Assembly: GCF_037042905.1 (NCBI RefSeq)
Contig: NC_087251.1
Span: 8,804,001-8,868,000, forward strand
Direction of reading: 5' to 3'
Length of the DNA: 64,000 nucleotides
Origin: Lytechinus pictus
Lineage: Eukaryota
Shown: in pieces, positions 27,201 through 39,102 of the stretch
How the letters are laid out: each line of letters starts with the position of its first letter
Numbering within the stretch: position 1 is the stretch's first letter
Translations under genes and position numbers: made by a program
The notes under the pieces: generated by a model
Databases searched by the model: none
The model's input: the letters and a program-made list of their open reading frames with translations, nothing else
What the model was told of the DNA's origin: nothing

Positions 27201-30200
27201 CACCAGTTTATTAAGCCTTTCTTTGTAACCTGTTTGACCCACCTCTCACTAATTCTCTAGTTATTCATCCCTCTATCACTGTTTTGTTCCAGATCCTGTT
27301 TGATGTTGCCTGCCTCATTATCTTAATCCCTCTTGGCCTTACTTACACTAACTTTCCTTTGTGTCTGCCTACTCCTTTTCTTTCATCCCCTTCACTAACC
27401 TGATTGGTCTTCTCTACTCACTAATGCCCCTTTTGTCTCCTTGTTTCTAGTGTTGCTGTAGCTTGTTTGTGGTCTATATTATGGTTGTTCCACTTTATAT
27501 GTTTGTCATTTTGCCTCCGACGAAGATTCTGCTAGGATCGAAAGCTTAGGCCCCTTTTTGACTTTACAATAAACAAACATAAACTTTAATAAAAATAAAG
27601 AAATTTAGCTTTGTCTTCAACTGTAAATTGAATAGAAAATACAAAGATAAGATATTCCAGCCATTTGTAAATTCATGTGTAACTTCAAACACACAATTAC
27701 ACCTGCCTGTTTAACATATCCAAATGCTTCTAATTAAATAATTACTTTCAGTACTTACTGGAGAATATTAGAAACAATAGAATCCACACTGAAGAGAGTA
27801 TCATAGGCCAAGGTGATGAGGAAACTGCCATGTCTGAAAACACAAACATATGATTGAATATATTCATTGTGACTTGCATTATGAGAATGAGACAGCTGTA
27901 TTTTCAGTAAAAGTACAAGTCACTCAAACTTGCATTACCTGTTTCCTAAGATGGTCATGATACAACAGATCTTATATCACCCAAAGTACATGTACTTAGC
28001 AGACGTACCCAAAAGTCAAATTCATGCATTTGTGTACTGTATCTATTCATGTCACAAAGCACTGACAAGTGTGACAACAAATGTAGGTATTTAACTATAA
28101 ACCTGTAGAATATATGACAAATCCTATAAGATCTAAAGATCCTATATGTATCAAACAAAGTGATATATTCGTGACTAGAATAATTCATCATTATTCATTT
28201 GTTAAATGCCAACATGATATTTAATTAAAAGAATATACAGTCAGATCAATCATTCCACTTTCTGCATTCTGGTGTTTATTTTATCAACTTCTTTTACATT
28301 TTTAGAGCTTTTCAAAGCATCTCCTAATATCGATTCGAATCTATTAAAGTTGCTTCATGTTTATAGCCCATTTGGAAATGAATGGCATGACACAGAAGAG
28401 ATGAAATATCTTTTAATATCAAAAATTTAAAAAATATGTTAGCATGCATTTTCAACATCTGCACTTTTTTCTTGATGGAATTCAAATGTAGGATATTTTT
28501 TGTCCATATTTCACAATACTCTGTAATTATATCTGCAGGTAGTCCCATATGTTTTCACTCAATCATCACAGAGAATCACAATGAAATTCCATACAGATCT
28601 AATGGTACAAGATACCAGCATAAAAGAAGTCTGCTGCAGAGATATATTAATCTTACATCTTATTCCTGACAACCAATTCATCATTGCAGTCCAGGGGGAA
28701 GTTTCACAAAGGTTAAGTGAACTTAAAATCAATATTAAATTCAAGTTTTGATTATTATTTTTCAGATAATTTTAAGGGTACATATCCAATATCATACGCA
28801 CACTTAAACATGACTGTAAGTCCTACTTAACTATTTGTGAAACGGCTCCCAGATTTCCTTTTTGTTGATATTCTTATCCAGTCTCAAAGTGATTGGAACA
28901 TGTACAATAGAAACTTCAGAAAAGATAGTTGATATTCTTATACAGCATAAAAATGATCGGAACACATACAATAGAAATTTCAGAAAAGATAGTTGATATT
29001 CTTATCCAATCTCAAAACAATTGGAACACGTACAATAGAAATTTCAGAAAAGATAGTTGATGGAAAGCAGCATTGAAAGGGGAATAGTCTAGTTTCTTGA
29101 CACGATTTTAATTTCCTTTATAAATTAACGTTTTCTTTCTAAATTTGATGTTTTATGTTGAGAAGAGAAACAATGAATCACTAGTCAATTTTAATTGTAA
29201 AGTGCATCATGAAATTTAATATGTAAAGATAATTTCAATGCAAACCTTGATTTCAATATCGTGGTTGAGCAAAGTCAACATATGGTAGTTACCATTAACA
29301 GCAATGGTTTGTTTTTTATACAGTATGACCATTTCCATTGATAAAGTAATTCCTTATTCAAAGTTCTCAAATCTAATATTCTATTTAGAAATGAACAATG
29401 AATATGTAAAAAGATCATGACTGAGACATGATAGTTTCAAATAATTGAAGTTTTAAATGAATGGGATTGTGTACCTGAAAATGTACAGGTTCTCTGAAGC
29501 ATCTGATCGAAGACAATAATCAGGTACAGGATCTGACAAACAGTTCACCTGATGAATTGGAGATAAACAAAGAGGATTAACCTTGTTGGATAAAGTAAAA
29601 CCCAATGTATAAAACTTTATATATGTTTATACATATGGAGAAAAAAAATGGTATGCAGCAGAAAAAAACATCAACCCATTCATGCTCTTAACATAGTACA
29701 AATTATATTTTATCAATACAATGCCCTCTTACAACTTTCACTTCCTGTTTGGCCAATGCCTTTCTCACTTTTTGATTAATTTGCTTTCCTGTTTAGATGT
29801 AGTTTTTTTTCAATTTGTTGATCTTTTGTAGGGAACAAATATTATTTGAAGGGAAAAAAATTTGTTTGTTGTATGTGGGCTATGCTTTCCACTCTTTTCA
29901 TTCTGAAATACACTTTATATTGAATCCCATTTACCTGAATTTTACATAAGTTCTATATATATTATATATATGTATGAACAAAGTTCAATTTGGCTTCAAA
30001 TATGTTTGTAACATAACAAATATGACACTGGCTTTAAAAAGGGGATTTCCTGGTTTAATGAAGTAATTCACTTATTAGTGGAAAAGGAAGTTCAATCCCC
30101 ATTTTTATCTTATTTACAGACGAACGATCTCATTAATATTGACTAATATGCCTTCTTGCCAATCACTCAACTAATACTTGCTTACATAGAATAATTGATG

Positions 30201-33200
30201 ATTGGTACGAATCTTTTAATGAAAAAGAGAAAGTTGGTGCATGTTTCCTTGATATTTCTAAATATTTTGATTGTATTGACCATTAATTATTACTTTTTAA
30301 ACTGAATAATTATGGCATTTCCGACACTGAACTCCTCTGGTTTCAAAGTTTTCTTTCAGACAGAAAACAAGCAGTTTTTTCTCAAGGTTAACAATCCAAA
30401 ACAAAAATATAAAAATAGGAATTCCTCAAGGTAGTATTTTAGGTCCTTCCCTTTTTCTAATTTATATAAATGATATTACAGATTGTTTAAAGAATTGTAC
30501 ATGTAATATTTACGCTGATGATGTTGTAATATATGTGTCTGATAAAGATATTAATGTTATATCATCCAAGCTTCAAGAAGATTTGAATTCTATTAATGAA
30601 TGGTATAACTGTAACAGATAAAGGATTAATGCAAAAAAAAGTAATGTTATGATTTTGGCCCAATAACTTAAGGAATAATAATGATCTTAGATTGAAGGTG
30701 TATATTAATAATGATATCATTGAACAAGTACAAAGCATAAGATATCTAGGCATCATGTTAGATTGTAAACTATGCTGGGATGCTCATATAAAATATTTAA
30801 TTAAATCTTTAAGTTACAAGATATTTACACTAATGAAAATTAGTAATTTTTTAAGCAAGGATGTTTTGAATAAAATATATACATGCACCATACAACCAAC
30901 CTTTGATTATTCTTGTTCCGTATGGGGAAACTGTTCTTTACATCATAGGAATACACTTTTACGATTACAGAAAAGGGCTGCATGCATAGTAACAGGCAAT
31001 TTTGATTATAATGTAAATGGCCTTAGTATAATTAATTCTCTTAAATGGCAAACTCTTGATATCAGACGTGATTACTTTTTAGTTTTTACCTTGTAAAATG
31101 TATAACTGTATTCATGGAAAGGCCCCAGTCCGAATGTGCAATGAAGTGGAAATGGTTTTTGAAAGACACTCTGTTAATACTAGACTTGCCAATACGTTGA
31201 ACGTCGTTTTACCAAAGCCTACTCTCAAATGTTTTAAGAGTTGTTTTAAATATGCTGGCGGCTTGGTTTGGAATAGCCTTCCATCTGATATTCAAAATGC
31301 AAATTCTCTTGAAGTTTTTAAACGTACGTATAAATGCCATTATTTTAAAGCCGTCGTTTAATGAAATGATATGTATTGTTCTCTAATTGACCGACCTTCT
31401 TTTATTTTTTTCTCCCTCCTCTCTCTCTCCCCCTCTTTCTCTTACTTTCCTCTCTCGTCCTTCTCCTTTCATTTATCCTGTTCTCCTTCTAGGTCAGACA
31501 GTTTATGAACTTTAATATTGTGAGCCATTGTAGTCGTTACTCCTTTTTTAAATAATTTTGTGCATTGTATATATTTTGTGTGTGTGTGTGTCAGGACCAT
31601 GATGTAAAACAGCCTCGGCTGATCATGTTTTATCTTTATCCTGAATAAATATGTTACAATAAATAAAATAAATTATTCATTTTCTTAATGAACATCCAAT
31701 AATATATACATAAACCCAATCAGCTGAATGTTATACTATTTTGCACTAACCGTTCCAAAGAAGACTCCATAGTCCTCTAGGTAATCACCAGCCTCACTAA
31801 AATGACTTTGAAAGCTTTCAGAGTATGGTGGCGTAGCTAAAATAAATGGAAATTAAGAAGAACAGGAAATACATATCTGTTTGAAGGTGGTCACTGACTG
31901 AATCAACATAAATGTGTAAAATCAAAGAAACAGATACCGTGTTTACACTTAATCGGCTTTTGAATCGGCTCGCGGTTCAGAATCGCGAGCCGATGCAGCA
32001 TCGGGTTTTTCATAGCGTGTAAACGCAAGTAACTTGCATCGGCTCGCGGTTCAGAACCGGCAATTTGCACCACCAAAGTAGTAGGTTCAGAACCGCGAGC
32101 CGATGCAGAATCGGCTTTTTTACTATGTGTAAACAGAAAGCCGATTCTGCATCGGCAATTTGTGCGCATTTCATTTACTTTACCATTGTGACGTAATTGT
32201 AAGTGCACGGATCCAGCGTTGTCTTTATTATGACGTATATTGTTGGTGTGCATATCATTTCAGGTTTTGCATCGGCTCGTGGTTCTGAACCGTGAGCTGT
32301 AACGTGTAAATGCAAACCAAAAGCCGATTCTGCATCGGCTTTTGGTTCTGAACCAAAAGCCGATCAAGTGTAAACACGGTATTAGACATCAAATTTTACC
32401 CTTTCTTTTGAATTAAGAACATACATGTAGATTACACTCTGATATCTGCACAATCTTACAACATGGATTATTTGTACCCAGTGAGGTCTAATATTCCCAA
32501 CACTTTGGTGGAAGAGTGCTCTGTAGACAGAAACAACCATCAATTCTGGGGAATCTTTTATGTAACTACAGCCAGAAACAGTCTCAGGGGGAAAGCTTTT
32601 GTCTAGTATTAAATGGGATGTACATTAGTTTGCCCAGTGTTTTGTAAACATTGACTTAGCAAAGTATTTTAAACAGCAATTTAGGCTCCACTGGGTACAT
32701 GTGACACCTCACTTTTGATAAATGAAAATATTATGTTGATCATCTTGAATCACTTTACGTACTATGCTGGGGAGTCTACTCTTCCATTTGGAGTGAACAA
32801 AATCGATGCATCGAATAGCAAATTTGATGTGGATTTTAATCTTAGTAATATTACCCGACATACCTGCTAACTAGTGCTAAACAATTCATAAAAATATTGC
32901 TAGCAAAATTCTTAAGAATTTCCCTATAGAACCTGTATGGACGTTTCAACTGCATGTTATGTGTAAGCTCTTATTAACCTTTCATTTCCAAATAAAACTA
33001 AACCAATATTTTCACAAAGTTCATTAAAAAGTTAGTAAACATAATGTCATCTGATGTACATTGATGTAGATTAGAGTATTTGTAGCCAATGGGATTGTGT
33101 CTGTATCATGGTGTACTGACAGAGGTAATCATTTTATCAATGAATTAATACACACAAATAATCATTAAATAAAACATTTAAAACAATAACTTTCATGCAT

Positions 33201-34300
33201 CTAAACACTAGGTAACGTGTACCAATTATTTATTTTGATCCATTTACATGTACTCAACAGTTTATACAGAGGGGATGTTTATTTCAAACAAAATATCATG
33301 CCAATGTCATAATGTCATGAGAGCTAACAAAATTTGGATTGCCATTCTTTTTCCAAGAAAGCAGATCTTTTCTAGATCTATTTGAAGCATTCGTGGAAAA
33401 ATGATGAAAATGCTAGAATAGAATTAGATTGATATGAAGGTTTGATTTTCATTCAAATGCTGCAAGACTAGATCTAGTCTACTTTGAATAAACATCCTTC
33501 AAGAGATGTAAGGTAGGGGCCCTAAAGCTACGCACCACTCATCGCACATACAGTTTTTAGTGGCAAATGCACACTCTGTGTGTGGAACTGTGACTGCAGA
33601 GTGACGAACGATTCCTATTCATTTTTTTCTTCAGAGGCTGCAGTAAATCTCTAAATGCAGAGAAAATTAACAAATAACTGTTTGGAATTTTTGGAGTGCG
33701 TATTTTATCGCTTAAATTCAATAGGCCTATTATCCTATAATAATATGAACATATTGCCCCCTTCTACATCGGGCGGCAAAATCAAGAGGTGTTTGGAAAA
33801 CATGGCAGGATTTTCGTATAAGTATAAGTGAGTTTTGCGATATTTTCTTCCTGGTTATGTTCTTTAGACTTTAATTAGAATGTTTGCCACAAATTAGTGA
33901 GGCAAAAAGATAATTTGTTCAAAAATTAAAATTGGCATAGTTTTTATCATTTGTAAACAAAGTGCATAGCTTTAGGTCCCCCCATCATACGACATATTCT
34001 TACTGATTACACATAATACATATGGTTGAATTTGCCACAATTGCACAACACCTACGGCCACAGCCGTGGCGCAGCTCGCGGCAGAGCTCGGGTAGTTACC
34101 GGTATGCGTGTACAGCGGCCTGGAGATTCCATTCTCTCCACCGGTTACTTACTTCTTATGAATGAAATAGCGACAATCTCTTTCGATTTCTTGACATCGT
34201 TGAACGCCTGAGAAGTAACAGTATTGTAGAACTCACTAGAAGTGGAAATAGCAAATATGGATAAAAATGAGAAAAACAGGAAAGCTGAGCTGCCAGCCAT
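9224..34300 (-). CDS. TXNDC16: Thioredoxin domain-containing protein 16 (ERp90)-like, complete 18-exon CDS, 843 aa
   Basis: Exons (minus strand, all GT-AG, phases consistent, 2532 nt): 34153-34300, 31751-31836, 29475-29548, 27759-27833, 26098-26219, 25475-25571, 24292-24448, 23349-23509, 22592-22676, 21062-21215, 20245-20400, 19193-19436, 18438-18577, 16934-17018, 14405-14549, 13544-13707, 10202-10404, 9224-9459. N-terminal signal peptide MAGSSAFLFFSFLSIFAISTSS. Motifs matching TXNDC16 as I recall it: EDYGVFFGTVNC, DTLFSVDSIVSNIL, RAFMEVAFAY, RVECSNWPDVCDKNNVTVYPTVKMY, PELT..PFVILF, EWKPLVPPYDFL. Ends HVEL-stop. Confidence 0.93.
10636..12575. mobile_element. Kolobok-type (TTAA) MITE family B, copy 1, with nested insertions
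   Basis: AGGTCAAGTCCACCCC..GGGGTGGACTTGTCCT flanked by CTAA/TTAA; same family as 38500-39102. Confidence 0.82.
10765..11432. mobile_element. PIF/Harbinger-type MITE nested in family B copy 1 (TSD TTA)
   Basis: TIR TACCCCTTTCATA / TATGAAAGGGGTA; TTA at 10762-10764 and 11433-11435; subterminal TTCRCCGGYGAA palindromic repeats. Confidence 0.87.
12643..13164. mobile_element. MITE family A, copy 3, inverted (6-bp TSD CAGTAA)
   Basis: CAGAGCTGCCAAGT..ACTTGGCAGCTCTG; CAGTAA at 12637-12642 and 13165-13170; body is largely the reverse complement of copy 1. Confidence 0.88.
15002..16112. mobile_element. Helentron-associated (HINE/pearl/Tsp-like) element with about 150-bp tandem core repeats
   Basis: GGTGAACCTC anchors at 15219, 15507, 15665 and 15818; short GACG/ACGG microsatellite at about 16043-16065; terminal hairpin AGCTCATC..GATGAGCT at 16080-16110. 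Confidence 0.7.
17467..18402. mobile_element. Kolobok-type non-autonomous DNA transposon (TTAA TSD)
   Basis: Perfect 16-bp TIR GGACGTTCCACAGTTA / TAACTGTGGAACGTCC; TTAA at 17463-17466 and 18403-18406. Confidence 0.87.
21860..22060 (+). mobile_element. Old LINE (CR1/L2-group) 3' fragment
   Basis: HKKYYTRNSDKLYVP..RTIISHNGPLVWNNFP, resembling the C-terminus of a CR1/L2-group ORF2. Confidence 0.55.
23630..23819. mobile_element. Short MITE with TTAGGG-like interior, 8-bp TSD TGTGAAAT
   Basis: Inverted repeat ACATTTGCTCCTGCGACAATTGCTCC / GGAGCAATTGTTGCTGGAGCAAATGT; TGTGAAAT at 23622-23629 and 23820-23827. Confidence 0.75.
26307..27564 (+). mobile_element. 5'-truncated Penelope-like retroelement (GIY-YIG endonuclease end plus 3' region)
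   Basis: Open frame 26308-26601 VYLITCRVCRVQYIGETKTTLKKRFYGHRS..PVGRHFNLPNHS..REKLWMRRLRTTQPHGLNIQEGND*; flanked by direct repeat TACAATAAA (26298-26306, 27565-27573); antisense to TXNDC16 intron 4. Confidence 0.88.
27513..27551 (+). ncRNA. Minimal hammerhead ribozyme motif (Penelope-associated)
   Basis: GCCT-CCGACGA-A-GATTCT(GCT)AGGATC-GAAA-GC-TT-AGGC: stem I GCCT/AGGC, core CUGANGA variant (U4C), stem II, GAAA, palindromic AGCU in place of stem III. Confidence 0.68.
28695..28849. mobile_element. Small degenerate Harbinger-type MITE
   Basis: GGGGAAGTTTCACAAA / TTTGTGAAACGGCTCC flanked by CAG. Confidence 0.5.
28864..29061. repeat. 64-bp tandem repeat, three copies
   Basis: GTTGAT anchors at 28864, 28928, 28992 and 29056. 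Confidence 0.9.
30100..31673 (+). mobile_element. 5'-truncated, degenerate CR1/L2-group LINE (RT C-terminal half plus 3' UTR)
   Basis: FLDISKYFDCIDH, GIPQGSILGPSLFLIYINDI, YADD (30511), RYLGIMLD, IQPTFDYSCSVWG, LQKRAACIV, VWNSLPSDIQNANSLEVFKR; stops and frameshifts; ends in AATAA-type repeats; antisense in TXNDC16 intron 2. Confidence 0.92.
31935..32381. mobile_element. Harbinger-type MITE with internal AGCCGAT/ATCGGCT repeats
   Basis: TIR TACCGTGTTTACACTT(A/G)ATCGGCTTTTG; right flank TTA, left flank AGA (TSD imperfect). Confidence 0.8.
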
Positions 34301-34704
34301 CGTTAATCTATCACGACATTCGACAAGAACAGAGAGATGAAGATGGAGGAGGAAGAGGCCGGCCGAGCGAGCGAGCGGAAGGCCGAGGCGAGGGAGGGAC
34401 GCGATGAAGCAGCTAGACAAAAGGGGGAAGTACCATATGGTGGGAAATGTGGGCGTGGCTATTATTATTGTTTACGATAAAATAACATGTACATCTTCAC
34501 AATTCCCTGGTACACCAATCTAATATCCTGTTGATTCAGGATAACACTGTCTAGAATGATGAAGGCATACAAATAGGCCTGCACTGTCTAAAATCACAAG
34601 ACAACGGTCATTGAGGGGACAATCCAGCTGTTGCCTGTAAGAGGGAGGGGGGTCATTAAAAAAAATCCACATCTCCACCCGATCGGCCGGTCAAAGAGCT
34701 GGAG

Positions 34705-35520
34705 ATCCATTTTATCTCAGATAAAATAAAATATTTTATCTCCGTTAAAATCAGTGAGATAAAATACCCTTAAAATCTCTCCGAATTGGTATTCTGAGAA
34801 CAATTTTATCTTCATTTTATCTCTGTAAGACACACCTATTTTTTAATCAATATCCAATTAAAAATGCGCTTTTATAGCTCTCTCATATCACTCAACCAAT
34901 GAAAATCCATTCCGCCAGGAGGTGTGGCAAAGGAGTGAGATTGCGTCAATCTATTGACTTCAAATACGCTTGCAATATACGCTTGCGCGTCTTTACAGAG
35001 ATTTCTTTTTAAAAAAATGACAATACTCTCATCTTTTTTCGAAGTCTATATTTCCTCTTTTCAAGCATCATTTCAAAGACAATATTAGTCAAGAAAAGTC
35101 TCATGAAATACTTCCTGATTGTACAGGAATAACGTTAAGGTATTATTCTCAATAAATATATAATTTTTCTTCATTTTCATGTCAACATTTGTAGTTAATT
35201 CACCAAGAAATAATGATGAAATCAACGTCGCGGAGATAAAATAGCCCCTACCCTCTTTTAAGTTTATTTTATTTTTCTTCAAAGTAACATGAGCGCAAGC
35301 ACATCATCCGCGTTGCAATGGCCAGATACGCGAAGGGTATATGTCTACGCAGGCACTCCCCTGTTGCGTATTATCTGTAGATACGCAAGATAAAATTTCT
35401 ACGCAAGATAAAATTTAAAATTTTATCTGAAAGATAAAATGTCATCTCAGAATACCAATTTCATTTTAAGAGATAAAATAAAATATTTTAAAGATAAAAT
35501 GACCTCAGAATACCGCCCCT
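34705..35520. mobile_element. MITE with long GATAAAAT-rich inverted arms (left end truncated), upstream of TXNDC16
   Basis: Inverted AATTGGTATTCTGAGA / TCTCAGAATACCAATT and many GATAAAAT/ATTTTATC units; right end CAGAATACCGCCCCTG. Confidence 0.65.
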
Positions 35521-35703
35521 GAATGTTTTTTTTTTTTTTTTTTTTTTTTTTGGGGGGGGGTAGTTCTTTAGACCATAGTTTTAAAATAAAATAGATACAT
35601 CTTACAAGTTTAAATACAAATATAGGCCTGTTCTTGCAAGAGTAAAGCACTAGCGAGTGAAATTTTTAAATATTTCATGCATCGGCATGGACCTACCTGT
35701 ATC

Positions 35704-38390
35704 CATGGGCGGAAATCCCAGGGGGTACAGGGGGGACGCGTCCCCCCTACCATTTTGGAAAGGGGGGACATAATATCAAATGTCCCCCCTACTATTTGTG
35801 GTCTTTTATTATGAAAAAAGATATATAATTCAAAATCGAAATTATACACATGTATCCTCGAATTTCGAAATATATGTAAACAGATAGTTTTTATTAAGAA
35901 CTTGGATAGGAAAACAAAAGGCATACCGGCCCGACTATTCTCGTACTCGCATCTAGCCCTATATGCCAGCCAAAGAGTGATGACATTGATGACATCGATG
36001 GCCATTGTCAATTTCATAACTAATAAAAATGACGAAAAAAGAAAATCGCCTCTGGACGCTTATAAGTAAATTTAGAGCATAGATGGTAGACGAGAATGTT
36101 CCATAACCCGTAAAAAACATATCTTTGTTTAACCAATTCATTTTCCCTTTATTCCAAATTTTTTGGAATATAAGGATATTTTCTTTGTTCGCGTACTCAG
36201 TAAAAAGAATAGTTTTCATCAGTTATGATTAATCCTTCGCAGTGAATTTTAACTATGTTTAATCCCCCAAAATTTGTTTTTAAATACTCTATTAACGAGA
36301 CTTTTATATTCCATTTTTACACAAAATTCCTGCCGCGGGAGGGTCATCATAGGTAGATCAAGGGGGCGAAGCGGCGGTCCGCCCCCTATTGGCGGCGCAA
36401 AATAGGAAGGTGAGGAGAAAAATAAGAAGATAGGACGAGGAAGAAAATTAAATGATGGAAGGGGAGGGGAATAAGTGGAAAAAAAGAAAACTTTCAGGTC
36501 ATAGTATAAAAATAAAAATTCGCTCGCGCTTTGCATAATACACAGCAATCTCTTTATTTCAAAACGTGCTTATTTTTTTTCTTCACATTTTAGATCGAAA
36601 TATATAAAATCAAATCATTTATTTAGGAAGATATCCATCTTTTTCATAATTTGTAGGTTAAAATCTTTATTAAAAAAAATAGCTCGCGCTTTGCGCTCGC
36701 ATTGCTTATTGAGATAAACTGCTTGTTCTTTATTTCAAAGTGCTTGAAAGATCCAGTTTTCAGATCTGAATATAAAAAAAATAATTTTGCGCTTCACGCT
36801 CGCATCAGTAATATGGTTAAGTCAGATACTATCCCGTTTATTGCTATAAGGTGAAAAGAAGATGACTTTTTTTGGTCGGAAAATAAAAAAATCAGGATAC
36901 GCTTCGCGCTCACATTAATTAAAATTTTGTTAGATAGCTACCCTGTCATTGATTTTAAAATATTCTAATAATACAAATTTTTAGGCCGGAAATGACATAT
37001 CTTCAGCACACACTTCGGGCTCGAATCTAATATTGTTTAGTAAAATTCCTATCATGTTCATGATATGAACAAGCGTGACGATTGTCCAGTTTTTAGGTTG
37101 GAGAATACAAACTTTCACCTCTTACTTCGCGCTCGCATTAATTGTTTAGATTCCTATCCTGTTCATAATTTTTTTTTAAGTACTAAGAATGTCTAGTATT
37201 AAGGTTGGAAAATCCAAAAACTTTCAGCTCGCGCTTCGCGCTCGCATTAATTGATTAGATTCCTATCCTGTTCATATTCTTTTTAAGGTGCTATGAATGT
37301 CCAGTATTTAGGTTGGAAAATAAAAAACTTTCACCTCGCGCTCGCATTCATTGTTTAGATTCCTATTCCGTTCATTATTATGTGCTAAGAATGTCCAGTT
37401 TTTAGGCTTCGCGCTCGCATTAATTGATTAGATTCCTATCCTGTTCATATTCTTTTTAAGGTGCTATGAATGTCCAGTATTTAGGTTGGAAAATAAAAAA
37501 CTTTCACCTCGCGCTCGCATTCATTGTTTAGATTCATATCCTGTTCATATTCTTTTTAAAGTGCTAAGAATGTCCAGTTTTTAGGTTGGAAAATAAAAAA
37601 CTTTCAGCTCGCGCTTCACGCTCGAATTAATTGTTTAGATTCATATCCTGTTCATATTCTTTTTAAAGTGCTATGAATCTCCAGTTTTTAGGTTGGAAAA
37701 TCAAAAACTGTCAGCTCGCGCTTCACGCTCGCATTAATTGTTTAGATTCCTATCCTGTACATATTATTTTTAAAGTGCTATGAATGTTCAGTATATTTAG
37801 GTTGGAAAATCTAATGATTTCAGCTCGCGTTGAATTCCTATTCTGTTTATGATTTGAAAAAGTGTTACGAATGTCCAGTTTTTAGGTAATTCCATCCTGT
37901 GCATGATTTGAAAAAGTTTTACGAATGTCTAGTTTTTAGGTTGGAAAACCAACAACCTTCAGCTCGTGCTTTGCGCTCGCATTAATGGTTTAGGTAGGTT
38001 CGAATTTAGTTCATGATAACAACAAATGTTCAGAATGTTCAATTTTCAGGTCACAATTTATGAAATATCAACATATTTGGGCTCGCGCTTCGCGCTCGCA
38101 TTATTTATTGAGGCCTTTCATCTTTAGTTAGGAATACCTTCCCTCTTCGAAAAATGACTATAAATATATACATATATATATATAATAAACACAAGTTCAC
38201 AAGGTTGACTGGAGGTTCATCAAATTTATTTGCAACTCTGAGTTTCACGCAACCTACGTGAGGTGCGATCTTCAGGCATATATATATATACATATGTATG
38301 TGTGTGTGTTTGAGTTAGTAATTATGTAGAACATAAACACGGAAAACTCAATTGTGTCCCCCTACCTTCAAGGAGAGATTTCCGCCCATG
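35704..38390. mobile_element. 2.7-kb TIR element carrying a minisatellite array
   Basis: TIR CATGGGCGGAAATC / GATTTCCGCCCATG; flanks ACCTACCTGTATC and ACCTGCCTGTATC. Confidence 0.78.
36500..38105. repeat. About 105-110-bp tandem minisatellite with GCTCGCGCTTCGCGCTCGCA core
   Basis: GTTGGA anchors near 37097, 37203, 37312, 37484, 37585, 37692 and 37801; most homogeneous at 37090-37820. Confidence 0.88.
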
Positions 38391-38499
38391 ACCTGCCTGT
38401 ATCTAACCTGATTAAGGATCTCATAAGCCTAATCAGCTTTAAATATAATTATTTAGACCTGAAAAGAGACATTTATATTATTTTTTGTAATATATTTAA

Positions 38500-39102
38500 A
38501 GGACAAGTCCACCCCAACCATAAGCTGATTTGAATAAAAAGAGAAAAATCCAACAAGCATAACATTGAAAATTTCATCAAAATCGCATGTAAAATAAGAA
38601 AATTATGACATTTTAAAGTTTCGCTTAATAAAACACTTAAATGCAAATCCTGGTCAGTATGTAAATGATGAGACTGATGACGTCATCCACTCACTATTTT
38701 TTTTTTGGTATTTCATTACATGAAATTTGAAATATTCTAATTTTCTCCTCATTGTCAAGTGAAACAAAAACTAATCCCACCCGGAACATGTGGAATTAGC
38801 GTTGTTTTAATACTATATGGTTCAGTCAAGTTGGTCCTTATTGTCAAATATGTAAAAAATTAAATATTGTATAATTCAAACAATAAAAAAACAAAAGAAA
38901 TAGTGAGTTATGGACATCATCAACTGTCTCATTTGCATTTCACTGAGATTTGCACATAACTGTTTTGTGAAAAATAAGCGAAACTTTAAAATGTCATAAC
39001 TTTCTTATTTTACATCCGATTTTGATGAAATTTTTACCGTTTTCCTAGTTTGATTTTTCTCTATTTATTCAGATCATCATTTTTCTGGGGTGGACTTGAC
39101 CT
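38500..39102. mobile_element. Kolobok-type (TTAA) MITE family B, copy 2 (603 bp, uninterrupted)
   Basis: AGGACAAGTCCACCCC..GGGGTGGACTTGACCT with TTAA at 38496-38499 and 39103-39106; long imperfect TIRs. Confidence 0.88.

Noticed and set aside
30692-31361. Functional reverse transcriptase gene
   Set aside because: 5'-truncated LINE with multiple stops and frameshifts.
36500-38105. Regularly spaced repeats as a CRISPR-like array
   Set aside because: The whole unit repeats with no unique spacers, there are no cas genes, and the context is eukaryotic; it is a minisatellite.
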